Positions 23,346-35,346 of a stretch of 64,000 nt of DNA are shown piece by piece. The notes under the pieces are model-generated. The model saw only the letters and a program-made list of their open reading frames with translations, made no database searches and had not been told where the DNA came from. This DNA comes from Schmidtea polychroa (taxonomy: Eukaryota), in contig CM097887.1 in assembly GCA_044892525.1 (NCBI GenBank), forward strand, positions 106,494,397 to 106,558,396, in the 5' to 3' direction. The translations under genes were made by a program, and so were the position numbers. Numbering within the stretch: the first letter of the stretch is position 1; each line of letters starts with the position of its first letter.

Positions 23346-25821
23346 ATGCTCATCCTATTTGAATATATGCCTGAAAGATTGAAAGATTCAAGTTGAAAGA
23401 CCTGAAATTAGAAGACAATCACAAGAAAATATTATCCGGACAATTGATGTCCGGACTGCAATACTTGCATAATTTGAATATCGCCCACTGCAATATCAAT
23501 CCAAAAGACATTTTCGATGATATGGCAGAATTAAGATTAAAGATTTCAAACTTTGGAGGACGAATAATAAAATTGCGCTTATCGTCATATTAGAAAATGA
23601 CCAGCGAGTCGAGAGATTAGTGCTCAACCATGCTTATCTAAGTAGAAGATGGACAATCAAACCAGATACCGTGACAAAGGCGAACATTTCGTATTTGGAA
23701 TTTACGGAGAGAACCGGTTGGTATACAATATATCAAGAAATAGTAAATCTAATACCTCCCACAAAAGGAGAACTAACTGGCAAAGAAGGAAAGGCTAGAT
23801 TAGTGAGTATTCCTGGTTGTAAAGGAATAAAGGCTTTGGATTGGTTTAGTATCAGAAAGGTAGCGAGTGTAAACCAGCCCCGCATAAATAAATTAATTAA
23901 TAATTGTAGAGTTCAAAATACGTTAAACGGGACAACGAGAGATAAAACCTCAACTTGGTTATTCTTAATCATGATAGGGGGAGTAATTTGCATGATTTTA
24001 ATTTTGATATTAACCACCCTATGGATGCTTAGATTAAATATGCGGGATATTCGTTATTGGGAAATTATTTACGAAACCGAGGTATAGGGGGAAAGTCTCA
24101 CCATATACTAGGAAGTGTAAATATATATTTTATCTATTTTATATGTTATTTATATTAGTATGTAAACTAATGTGGGCTCAAATGAGCATCGGTAAAATCA
24201 GACATCAGCGTATGTCGACTTTGGTTACCCTGCGAGGGTCTATCACGAAAGTGATAAAAGCTGTTAATTATTTTATTTTTAGAAAAATGAATTATAACAG
24301 AGAACCAAAACCACCAGTCAAAGCAAATCGACGACACCCATTGGCAACGTACAATTCCCAGACTCGAGTTGAAACTGAAGTATATAGTACATACAAAGAA
24401 GAGTACGTATACAGGTTCATCGGAACTACGGTCGCAGCAAAAATGAATCACCTCACCTCAAACTATTGGTATTATCCCAGGAGAGTGGATATTCCAAATG
24501 ATTTCAAATTCGCAGGAGGGCCTCGAAAGCAAATGATGATAACGGTTATAAATAACCAAGGTAGATTAAAATTGGCGGAACTATGTAGAGATTATGGTTC
24601 ATGTCCGAAATTGGAAAACATTTGGATCCATGCGATCAATAGGCCATTCACTGTGTTTATGGCGGGATTAGAGTTACCTGTTGAATTAGAAAAACAGTGT
24701 ACCCTGGAGATATACCACGCTGATGGACGAGAACGGAATATTATGATCCAGGCAGCAGCAGTTGATACCATAATCGCAGTAGAAATCTTGGATTTCAGGA
24801 AGCCATACTCTATAGTTAGCAAAAACGAGCCAACTTGGATTTACAATGTAAATAAAGTTGATATACAGCAGTGTAAATCATTTGTGAGGAAGAAGTTAAC
24901 CAAAGCCGAGGAGGACGAGGCTACAATTTTCATATCGGCAGGTTTTGCCAAATCCCGAATCGAACTGAAGGAGACAATTATCCAAATCGCAATTATGGAT
25001 ATGAGGGGAAATAATTTATTGAGTGCGGTAGTGACTCCCAGAGACCCTGTAAAACACTACCAAACGCACCAATACAAGTTAAAGGAACCTGATATTAGAG
25101 GAAACCTCGACGAAGATGATTGTTATCCTCTGATAAGATCTGCGATAAGAAAATACTTGTAGGTATTTTGCTTAAAGATCTGATCTCGGTAGCCAATCTA
25201 CCAGTGCAGCGGATACTGAGTATTCGTGACCTTTCTGCAAATAAACTATTGGAAACCAGAGGAGTCCCAATGATTCATGGTCATTACAGATTGGGATTCC
25301 CGACGAAAACTTTCCTGCGTACGGTTCCCGGAGAACCAAGGAATTTAGTGGTCACCAATGAGGCACTGGCGATACGTGCGGTTTATTTACATCTCAGAAA
25401 CGAATGGTTAGACCATATCACGAAACCCCAGGAGGAATTCATTTCCGTAACTACAGCAGCGATAGTTGAGCAGGAAATGACGCAAAAGAGGAGATTACCC
25501 GAGCAACCATCTACATCAGGGCAACCCAAGCCTAAGAGAAAATCACCTGTGGACTTACCACCGCCTCCAGCTATATCTATTGGAGAAGAAGATGAATATG
25601 AAACATGCGTTAGCGAAACGGAGACAGCAAAATCACCCAAACAATCATCGGGAGCTGCCTATCAGCCAAAGGATAAATCGGAAAATGCGGTCAGAAAAGA
25701 AAATCCAGAAGGAGGCAAGGTGAAAAAGATGTTAAAGAAAATATTACCCATAAAAAGACAATTTTTTCAAATTTGTCAGACTTCCCGCCAACGGAAATTC
25801 TTCAACGATGTCTTATTTTAA
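23346..25821 (+). other. Coding cassette copy 9
   Basis: Same ORFs at +23048. Confidence 0.9.
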
Positions 25822-26226
25822 AGCTCATTGCAATACCTTTCGAATGTGGTATAGAAATCCATATTATCAATATTATTGGTAAAGATATTATTTTTTCAAA
25901 ATATTATTTTTTCAAGGTCATTTATATTTTCAAGGTCATTTATATTTTCAAGGTCATTCATATTTTCAAGGTCATATTTTAAAATTTAAATTTTTAGAGT
26001 TCCCACCAATGGAATTTATTGGCCGATGGCTAATTTTGAAGCCCACTGCAATACCTTTCGAATGACGTATAGATATTCATATTATCATTATTATTAATAA
26101 AGATATTATTTTTTCAAAATATTATTTTTCAAGGTCGTTTATTTTTTCAAGGTTCAAAATCTGTTCAAAGCTACTGTTTTAGTCAATACGAACCAGATGA
26201 AATAATCGGTTCCATCGCCAAAAGTG

Positions 26227-28702
26227 ATGCTCATCCTATTTGAATATATGCCTGAAAGATTGAAAGATTCAAGTTGAAAGACCTGAAATTAGAAGACAAT
26301 CACAAGAAAATATTATCCGGACAATTGATGTCCGGACTGCAATACTTGCATAATTTGAATATCGCCCACTGCAATATCAATCCAAAAGACATTTTCGATG
26401 ATATGGCAGAATTAAGATTAAAGATTTCAAACTTTGGAGGACGAATAATAAAATTGCGCTTATCGTCATATTAGAAAATGACCAGCGAGTCGAGAGATTA
26501 GTGCTCAACCATGCTTATCTAAGTAGAAGATGGACAATCAAACCAGATACCGTGACAAAGGCGAACATTTCGTATTTGGAATTTACGGAGAGAACCGGTT
26601 GGTATACAATATATCAAGAAATAGTAAATCTAATACCTCCCACAAAAGGAGAACTAACTGGCAAAGAAGGAAAGGCTAGATTAGTGAGTATTCCTGGTTG
26701 TAAAGGAATAAAGGCTTTGGATTGGTTTAGTATCAGAAAGGTAGCGAGTGTAAACCAGCCCCGCATAAATAAATTAATTAATAATTGTAGAGTTCAAAAT
26801 ACGTTAAACGGGACAACGAGAGATAAAACCTCAACTTGGTTATTCTTAATCATGATAGGGGGAGTAATTTGCATGATTTTAATTTTGATATTAACCACCC
26901 TATGGATGCTTAGATTAAATATGCGGGATATTCGTTATTGGGAAATTATTTACGAAACCGAGGTATAGGGGGAAAGTCTCACCATATACTAGGAAGTGTA
27001 AATATATATTTTATCTATTTTATATGTTATTTATATTAGTATGTAAACTAATGTGGGCTCAAATGAGCATCGGTAAAATCAGACATCAGCGTATGTCGAC
27101 TTTGGTTACCCTGCGAGGGTCTATCACGAAAGTGATAAAAGCTGTTAATTATTTTATTTTTAGAAAAATGAATTATAACAGAGAACCAAAACCACCAGTC
27201 AAAGCAAATCGACGACACCCATTGGCAACGTACAATTCCCAGACTCGAGTTGAAACTGAAGTATATAGTACATACAAAGAAGAGTACGTATACAGGTTCA
27301 TCGGAACTACGGTCGCAGCAAAAATGAATCACCTCACCTCAAACTATTGGTATTATCCCAGGAGAGTGGATATTCCAAATGATTTCAAATTCGCAGGAGG
27401 GCCTCGAAAGCAAATGATGATAACGGTTATAAATAACCAAGGTAGATTAAAATTGGCGGAACTATGTAGAGATTATGGTTCATGTCCGAAATTGGAAAAC
27501 ATTTGGATCCATGCGATCAATAGGCCATTCACTGTGTTTATGGCGGGATTAGAGTTACCTGTTGAATTAGAAAAACAGTGTACCCTGGAGATATACCACG
27601 CTGATGGACGAGAACGGAATATTATGATCCAGGCAGCAGCAGTTGATACCATAATCGCAGTAGAAATCTTGGATTTCAGGAAGCCATACTCTATAGTTAG
27701 CAAAAACGAGCCAACTTGGATTTACAATGTAAATAAAGTTGATATACAGCAGTGTAAATCATTTGTGAGGAAGAAGTTAACCAAAGCCGAGGAGGACGAG
27801 GCTACAATTTTCATATCGGCAGGTTTTGCCAAATCCCGAATCGAACTGAAGGAGACAATTATCCAAATCGCAATTATGGATATGAGGGGAAATAATTTAT
27901 TGAGTGCGGTAGTGACTCCCAGAGACCCTGTAAAACACTACCAAACGCACCAATACAAGTTAAAGGAACCTGATATTAGAGGAAACCTCGACGAAGATGA
28001 TTGTTATCCTCTGATAAGATCTGCGATAAGAAAATACTTGTAGGTATTTTGCTTAAAGATCTGATCTCGGTAGCCAATCTACCAGTGCAGCGGATACTGA
28101 GTATTCGTGACCTTTCTGCAAATAAACTATTGGAAACCAGAGGAGTCCCAATGATTCATGGTCATTACAGATTGGGATTCCCGACGAAAACTTTCCTGCG
28201 TACGGTTCCCGGAGAACCAAGGAATTTAGTGGTCACCAATGAGGCACTGGCGATACGTGCGGTTTATTTACATCTCAGAAACGAATGGTTAGACCATATC
28301 ACGAAACCCCAGGAGGAATTCATTTCCGTAACTACAGCAGCGATAGTTGAGCAGGAAATGACGCAAAAGAGGAGATTACCCGAGCAACCATCTACATCAG
28401 GGCAACCCAAGCCTAAGAGAAAATCACCTGTGGACTTACCACCGCCTCCAGCTATATCTATTGGAGAAGAAGATGAATATGAAACATGCGTTAGCGAAAC
28501 GGAGACAGCAAAATCACCCAAACAATCATCGGGAGCTGCCTATCAGCCAAAGGATAAATCGGAAAATGCGGTCAGAAAAGAAAATCCAGAAGGAGGCAAG
28601 GTGAAAAAGATGTTAAAGAAAATATTACCCATAAAAAGACAATTTTTTCAAATTTGTCAGACTTCCCGCCAACGGAAATTCTTCAACGATGTCTTATTTT
28701 AA
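26227..28702 (+). other. Coding cassette copy 10
   Basis: Same ORFs at +25929. Confidence 0.9.
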
Positions 28703-29107
28703 AGCTCATTGCAATACCTTTCGAATGTGGTATAGAAATCCATATTATCAATATTATTGGTAAAGATATTATTTTTTCAAAATATTATTTTTTCAAGGTC
28801 ATTTATATTTTCAAGGTCATTTATATTTTCAAGGTCATTCATATTTTCAAGGTCATATTTTAAAATTTAAATTTTTAGAGTTCCCACCAATGGAATTTAT
28901 TGGCCGATGGCTAATTTTGAAGCCCACTGCAATACCTTTCGAATGACGTATAGATATTCATATTATCATTATTATTAATAAAGATATTATTTTTTCAAAA
29001 TATTATTTTTCAAGGTCGTTTATTTTTTCAAGGTTCAAAATCTGTTCAAAGCTACTGTTTTAGTCAATACGAACCAGATGAAATAATCGGTTCCATCGCC
29101 AAAAGTG

Positions 29108-30164
29108 ATGCTCATCCTATTTGAATATATGCCTGAAAGATTGAAAGATTCAAGTTGAAAGACCTGAAATTAGAAGACAATCACAAGAAAATATTATCCG
29201 GACAATTGATGTCCGGACTGCAATACTTGCATAATTTGAATATCGCCCACTGCAATATCAATCCAAAAGACATTTTCGATGATATGGCAGAATTAAGATT
29301 AAAGATTTCAAACTTTGGAGGACGAATAATAAAATTGCGCTTATCGTCATATTAGAAAATGACCAGCGAGTCGAGAGATTAGTGCTCAACCATGCTTATC
29401 TAAGTAGAAGATGGACAATCAAACCAGATACCGTGACAAAGGCGAACATTTCGTATTTGGAATTTACGGAGAGAACCGGTTGGTATACAATATATCAAGA
29501 AATAGTAAATCTAATACCTCCCACAAAAGGAGAACTAACTGGCAAAGAAGGAAAGGCTAGATTAGTGAGTATTCCTGGTTGTAAAGGAATAAAGGCTTTG
29601 GATTGGTTTAGTATCAGAAAGGTAGCGAGTGTAAACCAGCCCCGCATAAATAAATTAATTAATAATTGTAGAGTTCAAAATACGTTAAACGGGACAACGA
29701 GAGATAAAACCTCAACTTGGTTATTCTTAATCATGATAGGGGGAGTAATTTGCATGATTTTAATTTTGATATTAACCACCCTATGGATGCTTAGATTAAA
29801 TATGCGGGATATTCGTTATTGGAAATTATTTACGAAACCGAGGTATAGGGGGAAAGTCTCACCATATACTAGGAAGTGTAAATATATATTTTATCTATTT
29901 TATATGTTATTTATATTAGTATGTAAACTAATGTGGGCTCAAATGAGCATCGGTAAAATCAGACATCAGCGTATGTCGACTTTGGTTACCCTGCGAGGGT
30001 CTATCACGAAAGTGATAAAAGCTGTTAATTATTTTATTTTTAGAAAAATGAATTATAACAGAGAACCAAAACCACCAGTCAAAGCAAATCGACGACACCC
30101 ATTGGCAACGTACAATTCCCAGACTCGAGTTGAAACTGAAGTATATAGTACATACAAAGAAGAG
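29108..30164 (+). other. Partial cassette copy 11, truncated by the gap; a 1-nt deletion fuses the TM ORF to the downstream ORF
   Basis: TATTGGAAATT at about 29821 versus TATTGGGAAATT in copies 1-10. The ORF from 29382 runs open into the gap. Confidence 0.85.
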
Positions 30165-30404
30165 NNNNNNNNNNNNNNNNNNNNNNNNNNNNNNNNNNNN
30201 NNNNNNNNNNNNNNNNNNNNNNNNNNNNNNNNNNNNNNNNNNNNNNNNNNNNNNNNNNNNNNNNNNNNNNNNNNNNNNNNNNNNNNNNNNNNNNNNNNNN
30301 NNNNNNNNNNNNNNNNNNNNNNNNNNNNNNNNNNNNNNNNNNNNNNNNNNNNNNNNNNNNNNNNNNNNNNNNNNNNNNNNNNNNNNNNNNNNNNNNNNNN
30401 NNNN
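30165..30404. other. Assembly gap (240 N) between the array and unique DNA; further gaps near 35.8-36.1, 36.7-36.8, 40.8-41.0, 42.2-42.4, 62.1-62.3 and 63.1-63.3 kb
   Basis: N runs in the sequence. Confidence 0.99.
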
Positions 30405-31089
30405 CACAATGATTTTAATGATAATTAAATGCCATAGAATTTTGTTTTATTTCATACAGAAGGCAAGTTTATCAAAGACAATTTGTAAATAACACAAACC
30501 GGACTGATTTTTTTAGGGAGAACACAAAAGAAGAGAATCGTTTCGGCTTGGAAAATGGAAAAACATTGTAAAAATGCAATTCATTCATTAACATTAAAAT
30601 CTAAATCTTATAAAAATTAATTAATCTAATATATAGAACTTATTAATTCTATTCATTTTCTAAATTAAAAATCGAAGACATTTTTATAATGAATTAGATC
30701 AAATTATAACGATTTTGAAACTTATAATTGGCATTTCACTTTTATTTTCAAAATTAAAACCAATTAAAATTTTATATAGAAATGAAAAAATTATAATATT
30801 TTAAATTTCTTATTTGAAAAAAACGATAAGAAATTATTTTTACAAATAATAAACTAAATAATTTATTAACTTTTAAAAACACTTATTATATTTGAAATTG
30901 AAATTGAAATTGAAAAGGACTATTTTTATAATGAAAATACTTTTATTTTATTAGAAATAGACTTCGCAGTGAAAGGCTTAAATTATCATTTAATTGTTTA
31001 ACATATAATAATTATTATTATAAATATTATTATTATTATAAGAATATTTTTCAATTTCCACCTTTAATTTCTTTTCAATTGACATTGTA

Positions 31090-31267
31090 TTTAATAAAAT
31101 AATTGATTATAAATCAGTAAAGATATCGATATTTTTTTTGATATTCACGAATTTTTGGCACATCCTTTTCAAGTGAAATTATCACTTGTAAAAGCCTGTG
31201 CCGAAAATTCGTGAATATAAAAAAACATCGATATCTTTAATGATTCATAGTCAAATTTTTAATAAAT
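31090..31267. mobile_element. Palindromic (foldback) MITE, family shared with 55682-55860
   Basis: Inverted arms of ~70 bp (...TAAAGATATCGATATTTTTTTTGATATTCACGAATTTTTGGCACA / TGTGCCGAAAATTCGTGAATATAAAAAAACATCGATATCTTTA...) plus an inner inverted repeat. Confidence 0.7.
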
Positions 31268-31511
31268 CAAATTATTACTATTATTTGCCCAACACAAAAT
31301 TGATTTAGAAGGACATTGAAGTCATAACCTAAATATTCACTGGTAATTTTATATATACGAGCAGAAGTTGGTAACTAAAATCGAATATATTTAGCAAGTT
31401 TCGAACTTATTCCTGAATACTATGTTAGTAGCTGGATCAAGTACTCCCTCGTAGGTTGGAAAATAATTTTTAGATTTTTTTCAAGGTTATTTTAACAAAG
31501 AACCTAACTTA

Positions 31512-31514
<3 letters not shown>

Positions 31515-31543
<29 letters not shown>
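31515..31543. repeat. (AT)n microsatellite
   Basis: Run of about 14 AT units. Confidence 0.9.
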
Positions 31544-31549
<6 letters not shown>

Positions 31550-32449
31550 CTTCCAAATAGTATGTATTTTATTGTTAACTACCTAATTAATATTATCATT
31601 TTATTGATAATAATAATAATTATAATAATATTCTCCGCGCGCGTATCAAAAAGCCATTTGAAAATCCTTTAAAATGAGTCCTCGTTCAATAAAATACATG
31701 GCAAAGAACTCTCAAAATATTAATTTTAAAAATATGACTAAAATATGACTACACTTCCAATTCTAATTACAGATCACAATTAAGCAATTTCTAATTTTCA
31801 GACAAATGTTGAATTCCACAAGATTACCATAAGGCGTCCTAATGAAAATTATTCTCGGTTAAATCCAATCAGCAACTAACAAACTTGCCTTTCTTAAAAC
31901 AAAATGATGTACACTCTGCTTTTTTCCAACAAGAATGATGATTTTTTTTAATTTTAAACTAGTTTTATATTCCAAGTTGTCATTAATCATTATATGATTA
32001 TCAATAACTGAGTTCGATAATCTTAACAAAATAAATTAAAGTTTTAGGTTGACAAGCTGTTGTTATTCTCAGACTTTTTATTACACGTTGCCTATAATTA
32101 ATGGGGTGAACAAATCTTTTATTATATTGTATTTTTTAAATTGTCAACAACAACAACTATAGTAGATTTGAACTTATTATATTCATTTTTTTCTTTTTAT
32201 TTGCTACTTGTTTTCACACCTTCCAAAATCTATTAATTTCCGAATTTTGTAATGTCTTAGTTAATTTTGAATGGTTTCTCATATACCTAACAAGCCAAAG
32301 ATCACTCAAACACAAATTCTTTCCAAAGCAAAATAGTTAAACGGACTAAATTAATGAGAAATAGTGTTTATATCGGTGAAACAGCTAAATAATTTCTTTT
32401 ATAAAATATTTGTCCATTTGCAATGTAAAACTATGTATATAAAACTTAC

Positions 32450-32564
32450 TTTGCCGACAGATCTATATTAAAATAAACGTATTCTCCATTTGTCAGTTTA
32501 AGCTGATGCGCTGCCAACATAATGTCTCTGACGTACTTGCTGCTTTTTGCGCATATTATTGTTA
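32450..32564 (-). CDS. Exon 2 of the natriuretic-peptide-receptor/receptor guanylyl cyclase-like gene
   Basis: TTTTATAG acceptor and GTAAGT donor; 115 nt, and its phase-1 start matches exon 1. Peptide (I)TIICAKSSKYVRDIMLAAHQLKLTNGEYVYFNIDLSA continues the ANF-receptor domain. Confidence 0.88.
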
Positions 32565-34277
32565 CTATAAAATAAAAATAAATTAAACATAATATATAAA
32601 AACAATGTATATATTGTAAATTAATTACATATAATATAAATACTAGCAATTTGACTGTAATTTCGACAAATACTTTAAAATTCTAAACATAATCGGACAA
32701 TATTCATATCATTTTTAGCTATGCTGTCAATTATGTGGACAACAAAAATTTAATAAATTTAGACATATAATATTTCCAGATCAAAGGCTTGATTGATTTT
32801 GTACAGTGTAAATGTTGATTTTTATCCTAATCAATATTATTTTTGATCTATCTTTTAAATGAATGTAATAAGAATTCCACGAATAGTATACGCTGATCCT
32901 CATCTGTGTACTCTAATAAAAGGGATATTTAACTGAAAGAGTTCAATGGGAATTCCACCACATGGTACAGTCTGCAAGTGGTTGAGTTCATGACAAAATT
33001 GAAACAATATAATCTGTATTTTAGCTTTAAATGTCATTCAAATAACTCGAATTCCATTAACAGTGGATTAAAATGTTTCATTTTATATAATCTAGTAAGT
33101 AAATAAAAAAAATATTTTTAAAGTATTTAATTTTGTTATTTTTAATTTTATAATAATTATCATTATAGTTATTTTCATTTTCTCTGACTGTAAATCAACC
33201 CGTCCCAACTCTTTTAGGATTGACCTCTTATAAAAATATTTTTATAATCAGTCCTCCCAAAATATTTATGTTATTTTACAGAGTATAGCAGATGGATTAT
33301 TAAAATAAATAATTAAAATAAAAACGATAACGAAATAAAATTTTATCGAACATGGAAATAATAGTTTTATTGTACAATAAAGAGAAAAAGAGGACTTTTT
33401 GTACATAGAATTTATGGTCATATATTTTGATGAATCCATGGTCACCTGAAATTTTGGTAATAATTTTAAATTAAATTAGGGCAAATTAATATTTTAATAC
33501 TGAGACAGTATATAAATTTTAAATAAGTAAAGTAATATTTTTAAATTAAAGTGAATTAGTGTAATAATTTAAAATTTATTGTCAGATATTTCGAAAAACC
33601 AATGGCCTCTCAGAATTTTAAAAAATTAAAGAAATTTGAAATGAAATTTTTTACGATATAATTTTCAAAGATAAATTTAAATGCAAATTTTTGTGAAATA
33701 ATTTTTTGCTAATAATAGTAATAATTCAAAAAAAACAGATACTAAGTATTTACAACCAGGCACCAACAATGTACCAAGTACTTACAACTAACTAACAACA
33801 AATAAAAATAATAACATTAAATAAAGATAAATAAAAAGTTTATTCATCATCACATATTTTCTTATAATAACCTCTTCTTAATTCAACAAGTACAATGTGT
33901 ACTATTTCTTTCTTCTTGACAACATCTACATCTAAAAGACCAATTTAACTTTACAGGAACTGTACAGACCACACAATCATCTTGGCATTTCAATCTAGAT
34001 TCTTGTACAGATTCGTAATGGATACGAATAATTTTCTCGATGTTGATTCCTGTCAATTGTTGTATCATATATAAGACAACAGTTTTGTGGTACAATATGA
34101 AAGCCTGCTCTTCAAATTTAGGAACAGCTCTTCCATCTTCAAAAATACTGTTTGAAAGATATAAGCTTGTTGATCATCAATCATTTTTGAATTTTTGATT
34201 TTGTCAATAATTTAAAGATTAAAACACCATTAATTAACTTAAATTAAATTAAATTGTCATCTATATTACGTCAAGGA

Positions 34278-34621
34278 GATGTTATTATTATCGTTGATTT
34301 GTATCAGGAAGCAAATAAAGAAAAGGATTTTAATAATTTATTTACAAAAATCAGTAGATATTGAGGCGAAGATGAAAGTCATAGAACGGGTAATTTAAAT
34401 ATTCAATATTTGATTATATTCAAAAATCCAAGAGGACAAAAATTATTGATTATCTTGCAAGACAAGCTTATCCTAATAATATAAAATTTTTAATAGAATC
34501 ATTCCAAGATGCAACAAAGGTTCCTCATGGATATTTATTCTTTGACTTTACACAAAAATGTCCTGATGATATGCGTATTAGAACAGATGTAAATAGTGTT
34601 ACGATTTATAAACAAAATTGA
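34278..34621 (+). mobile_element. Maverick/Polinton packaging ATPase remnant (degraded)
   Basis: VIIIVDLYQEA...LFTKISR, then LNIQYLIIFKNPRGQ / IDYLARQAYPNNIKFLIESFQDATKVPHGYLFFDFTQKCPDDMRIRT. This matches the Polinton ATPase C-terminal pattern FKNPRD..QI..LARQ.YP....FL.E.Y.DAT..PYGYL..D. It has a stop and a frameshift. Confidence 0.8.
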
Positions 34622-34630
34622 AAACAAATA

Positions 34631-34851
34631 CCGTATATTTCGGCGTATAAGACGACCCTTAAAGTCAAAAAATCACCCTTGAAAATTGTGGGTCGTCTTA
34701 TACAACCGATATAGTACAGGTAGTACAGGTAGTTGTATTTATACTAGTTGTATTTATACTACTACAACCGATATATGATAAATCATAAAAATTTGCTCTA
34801 ATTTTGTACCTCGTCTTATCTGACGGTCGCCTTATACGCCGAAATATACGG
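34631..34851. mobile_element. pogo/Tigger-type (Tc1-mariner superfamily) MITE, 221 bp
   Basis: Perfect 21-bp TIR CCGTATATTTCGGCGTATAAG (27 bp with one mismatch), flanked by TA on both sides. Confidence 0.9.
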
Positions 34852-35137
34852 TAATTAAAACTTATTATGGTATTTAAAAAAGTAATTATTAAAAATACAA
34901 TAGTTCCAAATGTTTCCACAAACTTTAATAAGAAACCAAAACATAGAAAGAAAAGTAAAAAGTAAGAAACAAACTGAAAAATGGATTTAATTATAATTAA
35001 TCCATCAAGTTAAATAATGCTAGTACTAATGAATTTTGAACGGAGTTTAGCACATTTCAATTCCTTGATAAAGGCTTCATATATAAACCGATTATCGATT
35101 TTACAAGCTTTTCCTTCTTTTGTTTTTGACAATTGTA

Positions 35138-35294
35138 AATGTTGTTCGTGGTAATGTAAATATTACTAAAGCTAAAAGATTGGTATTGCAAAAACATGAA
35201 GGATCACTTTTATTGTTAGTCAATACTAAAATTCGGTGACTGATGAGAAAGATAATATATAAATAAAAAGGTTGGTTCTTGCTGCATTAATCCC
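35138..35294 (+). mobile_element. Probable Maverick/Polinton small conserved protein remnant
   Basis: NVVRGNVNITKAKRLVLQKH...KGWFL/AALIP resembles the Polinton N..GNV.L....L.K.K...QxGGFL.AL motif. It has stops and a frameshift and lies 0.5 kb from the ATPase relic. Confidence 0.45.
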
Positions 35295-35346
35295 GGGTTT
35301 TCGGGATGCGAAAATTATAAAGGATCCCGGGATTGCAGACCCTAAT
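35290..35346 (-). mobile_element. hAT-type terminal sequence (TAGGGTCTGCAATCCCGGGAT on the - strand)
   Basis: TAGGG-starting end with CCCGGGAT subterminal motifs; a related end lies at about 54175-54250. Confidence 0.45.

Larger units (their letters stand above)
1..30164 (+). repeat. Head-to-tail tandem array of a 2,881-bp coding unit, about 10.5 copies, open at the left edge and ending at an N-gap
   Basis: Identical ORF sets recur at an exact 2,881-bp offset (345, 3226, 6107 ... 29155). Copies differ by only a few SNPs and one 1-nt indel. Confidence 0.98.

Noticed and set aside
33883-34160. Cys-rich 70-aa minus-strand ORF next to the Maverick ATPase relic
   Set aside because: I could not match it to pPolB or any other family, and no convincing splice signals flank it.
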